From assembly GCA_973895155.1 (NCBI GenBank), contig OZ316893.1:19906857-19970856 (forward strand): DNA of 64,000 bases, in the 5' to 3' direction. Within the stretch, counting starts at the first letter, position 1. Each line of letters starts with the position of its first letter. The stretch is from Marsupella aquatica. Its lineage: Eukaryota; Plantae; Marchantiophyta. Below are positions 11,550 through 24,165 of the stretch, piece after piece. The notes below the pieces were generated by a model. The model saw nothing but the letters and a program-made list of their open reading frames with translations. It did not search any database and had not been told where the DNA came from. Made by a program: the position numbers and the translations under genes.

Positions 11550-14500
11550 GTTGATGATCCTGACAAAACCGAGGATCCAGAGGACAAGGCCACAAAAGAG
11601 CTTCTTTTGCTTAAGGCAATTAATGCCAAGTACTTGCCAGCATTTGCCAATGAGGACAATGTGATACTCCATGACAGTGTTCTTGAAGCTGAGTTGGCTT
11701 TGAAGAAAGCAGAGGTATTGAGCTTGGATGGGATAGTCTCATCATTCTCTTCACTTTGTTTGTTTGTGACTGAAATCTGTTTACTGGCTGGATGTGAGAT
11801 TTAACAAACAAAAATGATTTGTTCTTTGTTTGCAGATGTGAAATTTATTTCCTTAAAAGTTTCACTATGGGTAGGAGAAAGTTTCACTAGGAGTAGGAGT
11901 TTGATGTGTGGTCTCAAAAAGTCTTGGGCAAAATGTATTAGCAAAAACTCAACCACTCTTGTAATTGATGTTTAATTCTAGTTGTAAGTTGTACTTACTT
12001 CCATCAGTTATTCTAAATCCTGTTCCCTACTACAATGCTCATGGCTAGCTGGGAATCAGGAAGCTGTGGAAGAACAAGATGACAGGGCTACTATCATGGA
12101 AGAGCATATGAAGCGGGTGCAACAGGAAATTTATCTCTCACAATCAAGGCATGAAGTGAAGAGACGAGAGATAGCAACTGAGGAACATCTTTGGAAGCTT
12201 TCAGATTTTGAATCAAGCAGGCTCAAGGTAGGGCATGTAGTTGGTTTTTGGAAACTTTCTTTCAACCGACTACAATGTTGCACATCTAGAGACTTAGGAT
12301 GTCGATAGTTTCCCTATTGATGCACCATCAAAGCAAAATAGAGTTACATTGATGAAAACTGATGACAATATTTATGCTTCAGTACAGTTAACCCTCTGGT
12401 GAACCTGCTGGTACGTGAACCCATTTGAAATATACAATCTATTTTTGGGGGGTATCTAAGTTCTCAAAATTGATTCTATCTTCCAGCCTCAAGATGATGA
12501 TGATAATTTAACAGTTGTTTGGCTCCAGAAGTTTCAGATCCTATTTGCGGAAGCCATGCAAACACATGACGTATATATATTGCCGGATATCTCCATGTGG
12601 CTGAGCCTCTCTTGTCAAGACATATTGGCTACGTGTGTATAGAGGATGTGTTTGGATATTAAAGAGCTTCACAGTGGGTGGCTTTAGTTTCAATAATACC
12701 TTTGAATCTTTGTTTCAGGGAGAGATGAGGAAAATGACCAAGGATGCAGAAGAAATCAATGACAGGCTTCGTGCATTTAGGACGCAAATATTTAAAGCTA
12801 ATGAAAAGATGGATCAATTCCGACTGCTCATGAAGTGGAATCAGGTGCTTGGATGTGCTCAAGATCTTGATTGAATGGAATAATTTAAAAGCTGAGAAGT
12901 CAATAATGTTGTTCAATTCAAAGTTTGAATGTCATACAGACTCCGTCTCTTCAACATTTATTAATGATATTTGTGAAAGTTTATTTTGACATGAAATGGT
13001 GTCACATATTACTTCCTACCTTAATACATGAATAGAAAATACCCATTCGTTCTCATTGTATCCTCAGTCTACTTATTGTTACAGTTTTGTGATGAAAATT
13101 TTGTTGGTTCCACCGCTATTGCTTACCTCCAATATTCAAAAAGTAACAGTGCCTTATTCCTGGGTCTCTAACTCATGGCCAGGTGGATCAGAGCAGGAGG
13201 AACTGGAACAGTGGGCACAGGCGGCGCGGCAAAAGGATGAAGATAACACTGCAATGGACAAATATACAAAGAGTGACAATGCCCGTGTAAGAGAACTGCA
13301 GTTGGAGGAGATGAAGGCAGCTGAAGAGGTGTATACCTTGAAGCAATCACTAGATGCGGAGGTCACAGAAACTCAATCATATCAAATACAGCTTGATAAA
13401 ACTGCGATCCTTTTCAGGTGCACTCCAGACCTCCACATCCTTACTTCTGAAACTGCAAAAATCCTTAGTTTTCTTGTTCACCATGACTGTCCTTGCACCT
13501 CTGTAGTCCTTGCACCTCTGTAGTACCTTTGGCATCCATTTCAATAGCATTCATTGACATATGGAAGATCCTGAGACTCTCAAAGGAGGGTGGTGATGGC
13601 TTTAAGAGCCCGGGGACTAATTTTTTTTGAATCAACAAGGACCAAGGGACACTGACTGATGCGCTTTGTCTTGTAGGGAACTACATTTACAGAGGCAGAA
13701 AGTCATACGGTTATGGGAAACTACAGTGGAGGCAATTCATAAAAGAGACGAGTCAATTCATGAAGTGGCAGAAGAGTTTGCAGAGAACAAAATCCGTGTC
13801 CAGAAGAAAAAACATCAACTTGATGCTCTCCAAAAAGTGTTATTCAGGGAAATGGATACCAATGTGAGTCAAGTCTGAGATCAAAGTGAACCAACATCAT
13901 TCATTTGGTAATTTCAAAGCTTTACAAGGGAAAAACAGTGTCACGTACACTAATGAATTCTTTCTTGGATTAAGTTGAAGGAGTTCTTTGACTCACAAGT
14001 GTTGTCCCTGGTGAAATTTAACTCAAGGAAATGTTGTTGCCAACTTTGCTATTGCAATGAGAAGTTTAGCATTAGAGAGAATGTATGACTGTGGGAAACC
14101 GAATTAATCTTAAGACATCCTTAGAGAGAGATGCACAAGACTTAGTTATCCTTTGAGCCATGTATTTGCATAGAGGACTGGAGATTATTGGCGGAGAAAG
14201 TTGGCTTTATATTTTTCCTACCAGTTTGTGACATTTGCACTCCGCTGCTTATGAACTGCAGGCTGGTGTAGACTACTTAGTTATTGTCTAGAATAATGAG
14301 GACTTTCTTGGCTATGACTACTGTCATACCAGATAAGACTAGAAAGTGATGCATTATCAATAACCAATATTGAGTCATAACTTAAATCATATAGTATATC
14401 TAATATCCAATTATGGAGTCTGGAATTATGCTTTTTGGCCTATTTCACCTGTTGCGTGTGCCAATTCTCTTGCCTTAGCCTTCTGGTTCCCCCCATCCAT

Positions 14501-17500
14501 GGGGTTCACTCAGAATAAAATTTTAATTTCCCTCAATTTTTTTTTTTAATTATGGAGTCCAGAAATAAACATCTGAGTCTAGTACTAAAGTAAGTAATTC
14601 CAATACAACAATCTACTCAAGGATGAGAGATTGTCTGGATGTTGTCCATTATGATGATTGTTGTTTACGAAGACAGTTATAGTTTGGTAGTTTATTGTCT
14701 TCATCATATTAACTTTCCCATCGAGAACTATTCCTTCTCACTAGTTTTTGCAACCCTTTCCATATTTTTACTGGTTGTTCTTGTGCATTTCAACTCTCCT
14801 TTAATTGTTGCTCTTTTCCTGAAATCCTCCAATGATGTATCCTTCATTTAGAAAGATTTGGAGAGGATGATCATCGATGCAGAAAGTGAGGTTGTAAAAG
14901 TACGGCAAGTTGCCATTAAAGAAGCTGAAAGGTATGTGAAACTGTCTCTCACTATTTGTGTATTTTATGTATCTTGTCTTTCATGGTGACAGTCTCTGAT
15001 CTGAATAGCAAAAAATAATAATCTATGGTATTCTTAAAACATTGTTGACCTGCGGATTTCCCTAAGGTAACCATAACTGAAGGATTTCTCCTATCTAGGG
15101 AGATTACCTCTTTCCAAGTAATGTTCCATCACGCATATGCTGAATGAAAATTTATCTTTGAAAGCAAATTTTTCCAAAGGGATCCAGAAAATGTAAAGAA
15201 AGGATGAGCTATCTGAAGCTTGAAGAGACCTTGTGAGAACCTTATCAAATGTGCTCACTCATCTAACTTGAGGTTTTGAATGCAATCAGTATGAATGCTG
15301 TAGTAGAGGTATATGAGTTACAAAAGGTAACTCATCTACGAGCACAAGGAGAGCTTGCTGCTGCTATTGCCATGAAAGCTCAAGCAGAGGAGGTTTGCTT
15401 GAACCCTCTCAAAGTCTGGATTTAATTCTTTATTTGTTTTGCCCAATTTTGTGCTGCCATAACTTTTTGGAAAGGTCTTTAATAACAATTGGGATAACAA
15501 TCAAATTACTTTCCCCTTAAAATATGGGTGGTATATTTTCAGATCCGTTTAGTATGCTCAAGTAGAGTACAAGTGAATATATTTGTCATAGCCTGTACGT
15601 CTAGACTGACATAGTATCTGTTTGATATCTACTTCTGAAAGACTATCTGTTTAAACTCTCTTCAAACCTCTGAAGGGACAGATTCTTTTCTGGACCTCAC
15701 TTCCACTTTCCTGGAAGTTTCTTTATTTTACTGGCAAAAAGGGTTTAGATAATTAAAATATCATATTGGTCTCACCTGAGTGGTCTATAGCTACTCATTT
15801 TAAAGTAAGTTTATAGGATAGCAAAGCTGAAAGTAAGTTTATAGGATAGCAAAGCTGACCAAAGCCACCGCATATGATATGGCAGGGTTTGAGATACTGA
15901 GAACCAACAAGTTGTGGACTTACAATTCCCTAATTGCAGGAGGTTGAGACGAAGAAGAAGAAGGTTGCAGCTGCACGGCTTAGACTAGAACGTGCCAAGG
16001 AGAAAGTGAAAGTAGAACATGACCACCTTGATTCCCTTGAGAAACGGTCTGAGGATCTAGACAAGTTGCTGAATAAGGAAGAGGAGAATTACAAATCAGC
16101 CATGAAAGAAGTGGTTGAACTTCGTGAAAAACATTTTAAAGCAACTGAAGAGCTGCATGTGATCAAAACTGCAGGTCAGTCCTCCTTATATAAACCTGTC
16201 ATCATCAACATTGAGTGACAGCTAAAAGAGGCAGGAAGAGAGGAATCGGGTTCAAGTCCCCCTCTCTTACTCCGCCTTGGGGGGGGGGGGGGGGGATGTA
16301 ATTGTGTATGTGGGTGGATGGGTTAGCCAAAGTTGCCTTGCAAATCACCGACTGTGCATGAAGTAATATTAACAACAGAGGATATCCAGATAACTGGTTG
16401 TCCTCACCGGGATTAAAAACAAAAATTAATGCCACTTTTAATATTTGGGTTCAACAACAAGTAAGTTCCTCTTGATCTGAGATACTTATACAACAAGTAA
16501 TTTAGAAGGTACCCTGAAAAAGATAAGAACTTCTGGTCAGGTACAATAATGTTAGATTTCTTACTGACTGTGGAACTGCCTTATTCTACTCGATTGTCAT
16601 TTCTGGTATTTTGATTTCTGAGCAGATAGTCATTGAAAGGATTGATTTTAGAGTTGCATGTGTGATATGAGGCTAAAGCACACAAGTACCTTATATGTTT
16701 TTTCCAGAGTTTTAAGTGTGATGGAGATCAAATGCTAGTGTCAACGGGAGTGTAAGAGAAGAGAAGATTGTGTTTTACTTACAATGTTGATTTGTTGTAC
16801 TCTGACAGAAAAGGACACCTTGTTTGAAATCAACAGTGGAAAATCCCAGATCAAGACTTTAGCACATAATCTTAACAATCTAGAGATGACTATGCGAAGA
16901 CAAGATGAAGTGCTCTACACTCTTGAGTTTCAAATTCAAGCTCTTGAAAGGAAAGTAGGTCGGGCAATGGGAGAGAGGACTGACTTAGAGACCAAAGAGA
17001 CGGAAAAGAAGATAGCAGATCTTGAAAAACAGTTAAATGAAAAGAAGGCAGAGGAGGCACTGGTAATAGCACAGGTATAATTTCCTTTTTTTCCTGAGGT
17101 GCAAACCTTCTGAGTGGTTGGAAAGATGCAAGAACAGTTAAATGAAAAGAAGGCAGAGGAGGCACTGGTAATAGCACAGGTATAATTTCCTTTTTTTCCT
17201 GAGGTGCAAACCTTCTGAGTGGTTGGAAAGATGCAAGTTATGTCTTGGTCATCAATACAACCAAAAGGGTGTATCAAATTTTATCACTGTTGGGATTTCC
17301 CTGGTCAACTCTTTCTCTTTGATGATGTAATGTGATTTCCTTAGTTTTTGAAGGTACTCCAGATATTGTATTTCATTCTGTGTTTGCCCAAAAAGAAAAA
17401 TACTTTGTTTGAATATAAAAATGTCTCAGCCAAATTGAATGTGTCCATTTTCTGCTAGTAATTAAGAAAATGCCTCAGAAATCCCAGAGCTAATCTAAAC

Positions 17501-20500
17501 ACCAATTCACGAATCAACAATAGTGAAGCCCGGGAAGAGTGTTTGTTTCCTGGTGTTGAGCTTAAATTCTTCCAAGATGAATCCAAACTGCAAAAGTCCA
17601 GTTTGTGGGAACATATCATTTTTGTTGCCCAAACGTCATTTTGAATCAGGGCTGGACAAAAGGTTTACTTCAATTCATTAACTCGAGTCAATTTTGTAAA
17701 ATTTCTCTGCAGCTGAAGAGGACTCAAGAGGAGCTACGGGCAAGCACAAGGAAAAATGAAGATGTGCAAAGGAAGCTTGGTGACATGACTGAGAAGAATT
17801 CCGAGCTAACACTGCAATGTGACACTGGACTCATGACAGTAAAGGTGTAAGCTGCATTTCACTCAAGTGATAAATATTCTCAAAACAATGGATGCACATG
17901 ACTTGTGACAATTCTGGCCGCCTGAATTCAACTTTCAGTTTGTAGCCCCTTGCAGATGTTGTGGTTTTCAGAAGGACTCAAAATCCATTCAGTTTTATCT
18001 TTTAAGCTTTTCAAGCAATAGATTTATGTGATGTGGGATTTCATTCTAGAATCTTTAATATCTGGAACAGTTCTCCAATCTAAGTCAGGAATCTTGTTTA
18101 CCGCAGACATTACAAAAGGAGAAGGAGGAAAGGATGCTCTCCCATGATTTGCTCCAAATGGAAGTCAACCGTTTATCAGATATGCTTAATGCAAAAGCAG
18201 GTAATTATCACATCTAGCGTCACATATATGGACTAGCTTAGGATAACTTCTTAGCTTTTCCTACACATCTTTTTGTTTAAAAAGTGTGCAACTTTTCTAC
18301 CCAGAGTCTAACTTGAATTCAATCAGAACTTTTATTGAGCTTGATGTCTACTTTGCTAATGTTCTACATCTGTGTGAAGATGGTGTATTCACTATGGAGA
18401 GCATAAAGCAGAAATTAATGTTGGGCATGGATGATCACAAGAGAGAGATAAATGCACGCCGGGAAGACACGAAGGCCCGTTTAAAAATTCTCAATGATGA
18501 ACTGCATAAGTTGATGGTACAGCGAAAGAGTTTGGCTCTTCAAATTGAAAAGGTACAATCATGTGTTCAATGTGTCCAGACATGACTCCAACAAGCAAAG
18601 TTGATGTTCTAGCAATATCCAGAAATTATGCAAATTTTCTGTCTTATGGTTGACCAAAGACATACCCAAGAGAATGTTTGCATGCAGGGTACTATAACAT
18701 GGGAAGCAATTGGGGTTTTACAACCTTCTATGTCAAATGTTATTTTGGAAGTAGTAGTCTTTTTCAAAGATAAATTCAAGCTAGGCACTCGGCTAGGTGC
18801 AACATGGTCATCTCACATCATATCCTCTGTGACTACTTTACAGCTTCAATCCAAGTATCGGACTTTAATTGACCGAGTTAAATTGGAAGATGGGACAGAG
18901 CGATCCGCAAATTACTATGTCATCAAGGCAGCACAGGAACGTCAGTTGCTTGAACTTGAACTTCCAAAGCTTGAAGAAGAGGTTTACAAGGTTTGTTAAC
19001 AATGATTTCTCCTGTTTCCTCTAAAGCCAATTGCCCCGCTTGAGGTTTCCATCAAAAACAACAACACCCAAGAAGTGAGATAGGAACAAAGATGAGATCA
19101 AGATAGCCTTTGCCAATTATCCAATAAACTCTCACTTGGGGATGGAATGGAGATGATTATTTTAGCTGCTAAAGATAATAAGAACAGGATGGTCACAAAT
19201 GTTTTCAAAATGTTTGATGGTTTATGTTGTGAGCTAGCTTGCCAGGTTAAGGGTGATGTCCAGAAACTGGAGAAAGCCACTGCTGAAATTCAGGAGTCGA
19301 ATAATGCACTGCGGACTAGCCTCAATTCCCCAAAAAGCATTGAATTAGCCAATGAGCAAAAGTACCTAAAAGATATATATGACGAAGCCAAACAGAGAAC
19401 TCGGTTTAAGGAAAGGGAAGAGGCGATACTGTTAGATGTGAGCCATCTTTGCCTCTACTTCTGTCAAGATTCTATTTAACTAGTTGCTTCAAATTCCTTG
19501 AGCTTCACAATGTCTTCAGATATGTACCATTTCTTTAGTAAGGGGGACAAATTGAATGAAACTAGAATGCTCATAAACAAACACAAAACTGACCATTCTG
19601 TGACCAAAGAGTGCTATGGTCACAAGTGGGGGTCACAAGAAGACTGGACTCCTCCCTCCCTCCTCCTCTTTTGCTCTACATCCATCACCCTCCCTCATGT
19701 CACTGTCAGTATTTTTGTACCTTGTTGACCCCAATGTCGATGCTATACTTTCCTTATATATTACTGAATTTGGTCAGATATTCTTGATGAGCCTACCCTG
19801 CTGGATGGCATTGACCATGTTGTGGGGCTTAATAGCAAGACATTCTGAATGTTATTTGTTCAATTACATTATCTTTCAAGGCTGAAAAGAATGTGAAAGT
19901 ATTGACATGATTCACTTCAATTATTTTCACTACTTTGTTGTATGAATTCTTATGGTTCTCGTTACACTCCTGTTTTTGTCATGAGCTACTATTAGAAACT
20001 CCATGAAGCAGAAAGGCGATTGGAGAATGCTGAGAGAGAGCGGGCTACTGTGGAAGAAGTCATCCAAGATCTTCAAAAGAAGGTTGATGTGGCGAGTAGA
20101 GAAGCTGATGAGCAAGCTGTGAAGCACAGACGGGCCACACATCAATTACAGAAGATTGCAAGAGACGTGAGGGAAAAATTAGAGTAAGGGTGAACTCTGG
20201 AAAATTTTCAATTGCTTGAATTGCATTACAGGAGAGAAGATTGATGTAAGTGAAGAGCATTAATTTGTTGTCTTAAACCACCACTGCCATTGTAAAAGGG
20301 AGAAAACTCCCAAACCTCTCTCTGTTTTCATATTCCATGTAACAGTGACCAACCCCTGTATTTACAGTTTTCCTTATTTTAGCGTGTGTATCACCCAAAA
20401 TAATCACGGGTAATATGACACCCCCCTTAGAGTGAGCCCCCCAATTTTTCTGCTTGACACATCCATTTTATTTATTTTTGCTTAAATTGCAGCACAGAAG

Positions 20501-20796
20501 ATATGAAAAAGATTGAGAAGGAACTGCAGCTGGTAGAGGTTAGACAAAGCATCAAAGATGTCTTGTACAAACTGAAAGGGCTTGCAATGGACAACATTGA
20601 GGCATCGCAGGTGATTCAAGAAAAGGTGGCAGAGGTGGGTTTGAAGTTTCCATCCACTCCATCCAGTACAAGGTCCAGCAACAGTTCCAGTGCCAGCTCT
20701 GCCAGTAGCCGCACTTCTCAGAAAGGTGGCCCATCCACCAGAAGACCTTTAGCAGGAAGCATACTAAATATGGACCTTGGTCTTGATGATCTCTAA
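11550..20796 (+). CDS. CCDC39: Coiled-coil domain-containing protein 39 (FAP59), axonemal 96-nm ruler subunit; multi-exon, start exon uncertain
   Basis: Phase-consistent GT-AG exons: 11550-11714, 12060-12227, 12719-12844, 13197-13417, 13677-13863, 14852-14931, 15290-15392, 15940-16174, 16809-17074, 17713-17844, 18107-18200, 18380-18552, 18844-18990, 19246-19437, 19996-20183, 20493-20796 (2781 nt, ~926 aa). Motifs: LPAFANEDN, EIATEEHL, WNQEELEQWAQAARQKDEDNTAMDKY, LYTLEFQIQALERKV, YYVIKAAQERQ, Ser-rich tail. Possible start exon ATGTTTGTCATAAAG at 11418-11432. Confidence 0.88.
17028..17237 (+). repeat. Perfect 105-bp tandem duplication spanning an exon 3' end and splice donor of CCDC39
   Basis: 17028-17132 is identical to 17133-17237 (aacagttaaatgaaaag...gcacag|gtataa...gaaagatgcaag). 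Confidence 0.95.
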
Positions 20797-21627
20797 TCAC
20801 TTAAAAGCGGTAGCACCAATTGATTTTGGTGCGAGCCCAAAGGTTTTGCACTTTTGTCCATTCAAATCTCCACAAATGGCCGCCCATCAAAAGACCTTTA
20901 TCAGAAGTATTCTGAATATGGACCTTGGTCTAGATTGTCTCTGATCAGCACCAATGGATTGTTATGCACAACCAGAGGTTTTGTAGTTATGTTTATTCAT
21001 ATATCTCCACTGATGGACGGCCGACATAGGGGAAGAGCTAGAGAATTGCATTGACAAGTAATGTAGTGTAAGTTGTGCCCAGTTATAGGAAAACCTGTTG
21101 TGCTGTCCATGATTAGAAGAGTGAACATTCAAACACCTTGATAATCTCATAACATATTATTCTTTATAAAGACCACCAGGAAGTTGGTTTTTTATAAAGT
21201 TGTCCTATTTGGAGATTTTTTTTGTACGTCTTACTTGAGATTTGCATGGAAAATAAAACATGAGCTAACAAGCAAATTAAGCGGGTGCCTTACACTGTAG
21301 TTTTTGACTGAACAAAGTGAAGTAGAGTGTGAACAGGTGGGATTCCAATACATGAACAGGTATCTGTGGGTAGGGTATTTGGGATACTTTGACCAGATTC
21401 CTTGGAATTTATGGCCAAAACTGTATACATACCAGGAGATATACACAACAAGAATGATGAGGGAGGGGCAAGGTGGCAGGTGATATAATACACAGGTGGA
21501 GAGAGGGGCGTGTGCCACTGTGCACAGGGACAGGGGAGGGCAACAGCAGGTAAGATGAAACACCAATGATATTCTGGTCAAACTTGCTATGGCAGTGGGC
21601 AGCTCCGCGGTTAGACACTTGATTCAT

Positions 21628-21975
21628 GACGAAAGGCAATCTTGAGGCTCATTAAGAGCCTCGGGTACACACCTGCCCGCGCCTACTGCCCACCCCTTCA
21701 CATATTTTTTGAATGTTAGTAGCGAGAATGATCCCCACTTTTTGGGTGGGGTGAATATTAAAAAGAATTCTTTGCACACAACTGGTTTCAAACCCGGGAC
21801 TTCCCAATCCCTAACTGAGCTGTGCTACCACTGAGCCTCTCCACAACTCATGACAACAATCATTCGCACCAGCTATTTATTCTAAAATCAGACGTAGTAC
21901 ATATGGGCAGTGGGCAGCACTGACGGGGTAATTAATGCAGATTAGCATTAATTACCCTTGAGATTGGCTTTCGTC
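21628..21975. mobile_element. MITE-like inverted-repeat element containing a tRNA-like segment
   Basis: gacgaaaggcaatcttgagg (21628-21647) versus ccttgagattggctttcgtc (21956-21975); inner ctactgccca / tgggcagtgg pair. Confidence 0.5.
21771..21840 (-). other. tRNA-derived (SINE-head-like) sequence, not a functional tRNA
   Basis: Minus strand aggctcagtggtagcac...gtcccgggtttgaaaccagttgtgtgcaaa has A-box-like and B-box-like motifs but no good acceptor stem. Confidence 0.45.
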
Positions 21976-22139
21976 CTTAATGACACTTGTTTACAACATT
22001 AACTCTCATTAACTAGTTTGCCAGTACGGTTGAGTACCCTAGTGCCCGGTTTAACCTGGCGGGCAACTTGACAGCTTGCCGGGCATGTCAAACCGTCAAA
22101 TGACGGCCCAAAAAGGCCCAATTTGACGGATATTCGACA

Positions 22140-22750
22140 ATATTCTCCTGAACTCACCCGGGCTCCCCCGGATCCTTCGCGGACTTCTCGGGGGGGGGTC
22201 ACTATATGAAGGGTCATACATCACGTGCGACGGTTTGGGTCATTTATGACCCCCCTAAGTCACTTTCTAGAAAGTTGTACGGCACCAATCATGTGATGAC
22301 ACGTATGCATTTTGCAATTAAACAATCCTATATTTCCATATAATACTTAATAAGTCTTCCGTCAAAACCATTTAAATGACCCTATACTTTGTCGCACATG
22401 ATATGCCACTTCCATGGAAGTGACCCCCCCCCCCAAGGGGGACTTCTCCCGAACTCACCTGGACCCTTCCCGGACCCTTTGCGGACTTCTTCTAAACTCA
22501 CCCGGACCCTTCCCGGATTCCCCCGGACCCTTCCCAGACTCTTCTCGGACTCCCCCGAACCCAAACCTGCCGCCCCAAACCGGGGTCCGGGGGAAGGCTC
22601 GGGAAGGTGGCCGGGGGAAGTGGGGCGGGGTTCGGGGGTAGACAGCCGGGGGAAAAAGGGCCCGGGGAAGATGGGCGGGGTTCGGGGCTCGGGAAGGTGG
22701 CTGGGGGAAGGGCGGCGGGAATTAGGGTTAGGGGCGGGATTAGGGTAGAT
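22140..22750. repeat. GC-rich subterminal-type repeats upstream of the hAT transposase remnant
   Basis: Multiple cccggacccttc units and opposite-strand ggggaag/ccgggg units; inverted G9-gtcact (22190) / agtgac-C10 (22419) pair. Confidence 0.55.
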
Positions 22751-23344
22751 TAAGCAACATTAGGTCGGCAAATTAGGGCTTTAGGAGCTTGAGAGAGGGT
22801 AGAAAGATTAGTATAAATAGGAGCCTCCACTAATCCATTTCACTAATCCAAAGTCTCATGTTTTTATCTCTTTGTGGTTTAGCATTAGGGAGAAAAAATG
22901 GAAGGATATATTGGAACTCTTGTACGCGCATACTTAGAGCTCGGCTTGGCCTACGATAATTCATACTTGAACTTCCCCATGTCGCCTTAACAATTTCACA
23001 TCATTGTTTTCTTTCAAAGTGAAATACTTGCGAGTAAGGAGATATGCATGTGCATATGCTTAGAGTTTTGGCTCGGTCTATGATATTTCATATGGGTATC
23101 ACAATTCCTCGTATGTATGTTCACTTGATAGATAAACGGTTGTGAATTTATAGATATTACATAACATAGGTCAAAGTAGGGATGTCGACAAATATAAGAG
23201 TTTGGGAAACTTTGCTGTGCATGCTTAGAGCTTAGGCTCAGTCTGCAATAATTCAGCAAAGTAACCAATTCTATTATATTTGTTACAACCACAAAATCTA
23301 AAAAGTAATCGTTCTCTTTTTCTATAGCATTTAGAGTCTGGACA

Positions 23345-24165
23345 ATGTCTTCCGACAAAGAGGATTCAAGTCAAACTGGATATCATTCCACTACTCCTAG
23401 GCCTGGTCCAAGTCGTGTGCAAGAACACCCTTCAAAACAGTCTCTTGTGTGGAGATATTTTGAACGATGTGATGCGCCTTCAACATGTCATGATGATGTC
23501 AATTGTATCTATCGAAGATACAAGTATTGTTTAACATGTGTTCCTCATCATGCAACATGAGCAAAGACGCATTTGATGAGAAACATTCAAAAAGGGGATG
23601 CGCCCCCTTGCCTACGATTGTATGGTGTCGTCAACTTGGATGCCATCAACATAATGTACAATGTGATAAAAGTTCCACTGACCTTAAAGTACAAACGAAG
23701 GGATGGAACTCATATCTTGCGGGATGTGAGAGGCTGCAAGTCAAGTGTTGGCACTTTGTATTTGGATGCATCCACACAAGGGTCAAACTATGTTGAAATG
23801 GGGCATGATACAAATGCGATAGAAGGAGATAGGCCACTTACGAATCTTCCAAACCCGATTATGGATGCCTATCAAATTCCAAATAGAACACATTTGGATA
23901 AACTTTGGGCGAAAGCTTTTTACACAAGTGGTATTCCGTTCAATGTTTCAAATAATCCTTTTTTCAAGAAGCAGTCATGGAGACTTCAAAACCAATTGTG
24001 AATGGTTATTCTCTTCCTACTATGCAAAATTTGTGACCAAAATTATTGGAAGACAGTAAGGGCGATCTCACAAAGGACATGACAAAATCCTTGAAGGAGG
24101 CAAATTTAATCCTTATGGATATTCTCTTTCTTCAGATGGATGGGAAAATGTCAGAAGAGAACAGT
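23345..24165 (+). pseudogene. hAT-superfamily transposase remnant (BED finger plus DUF659-type region), frameshifted and truncated
   Basis: SLVWRYFERC...C...YKYC BED-like N-terminus; LDKLWAKAFYTSGIPFNVSNNPFF; SLSSDGWENVRR (first catalytic Asp context) near 24125-24160. Fragments lie in several frames. TATAAATA at 22812. Confidence 0.8.

Noticed and set aside
22389-22748. Pro/Gly-rich 119-aa ORF
   Set aside because: Artefact of GC-rich TE repeats that lack stop codons
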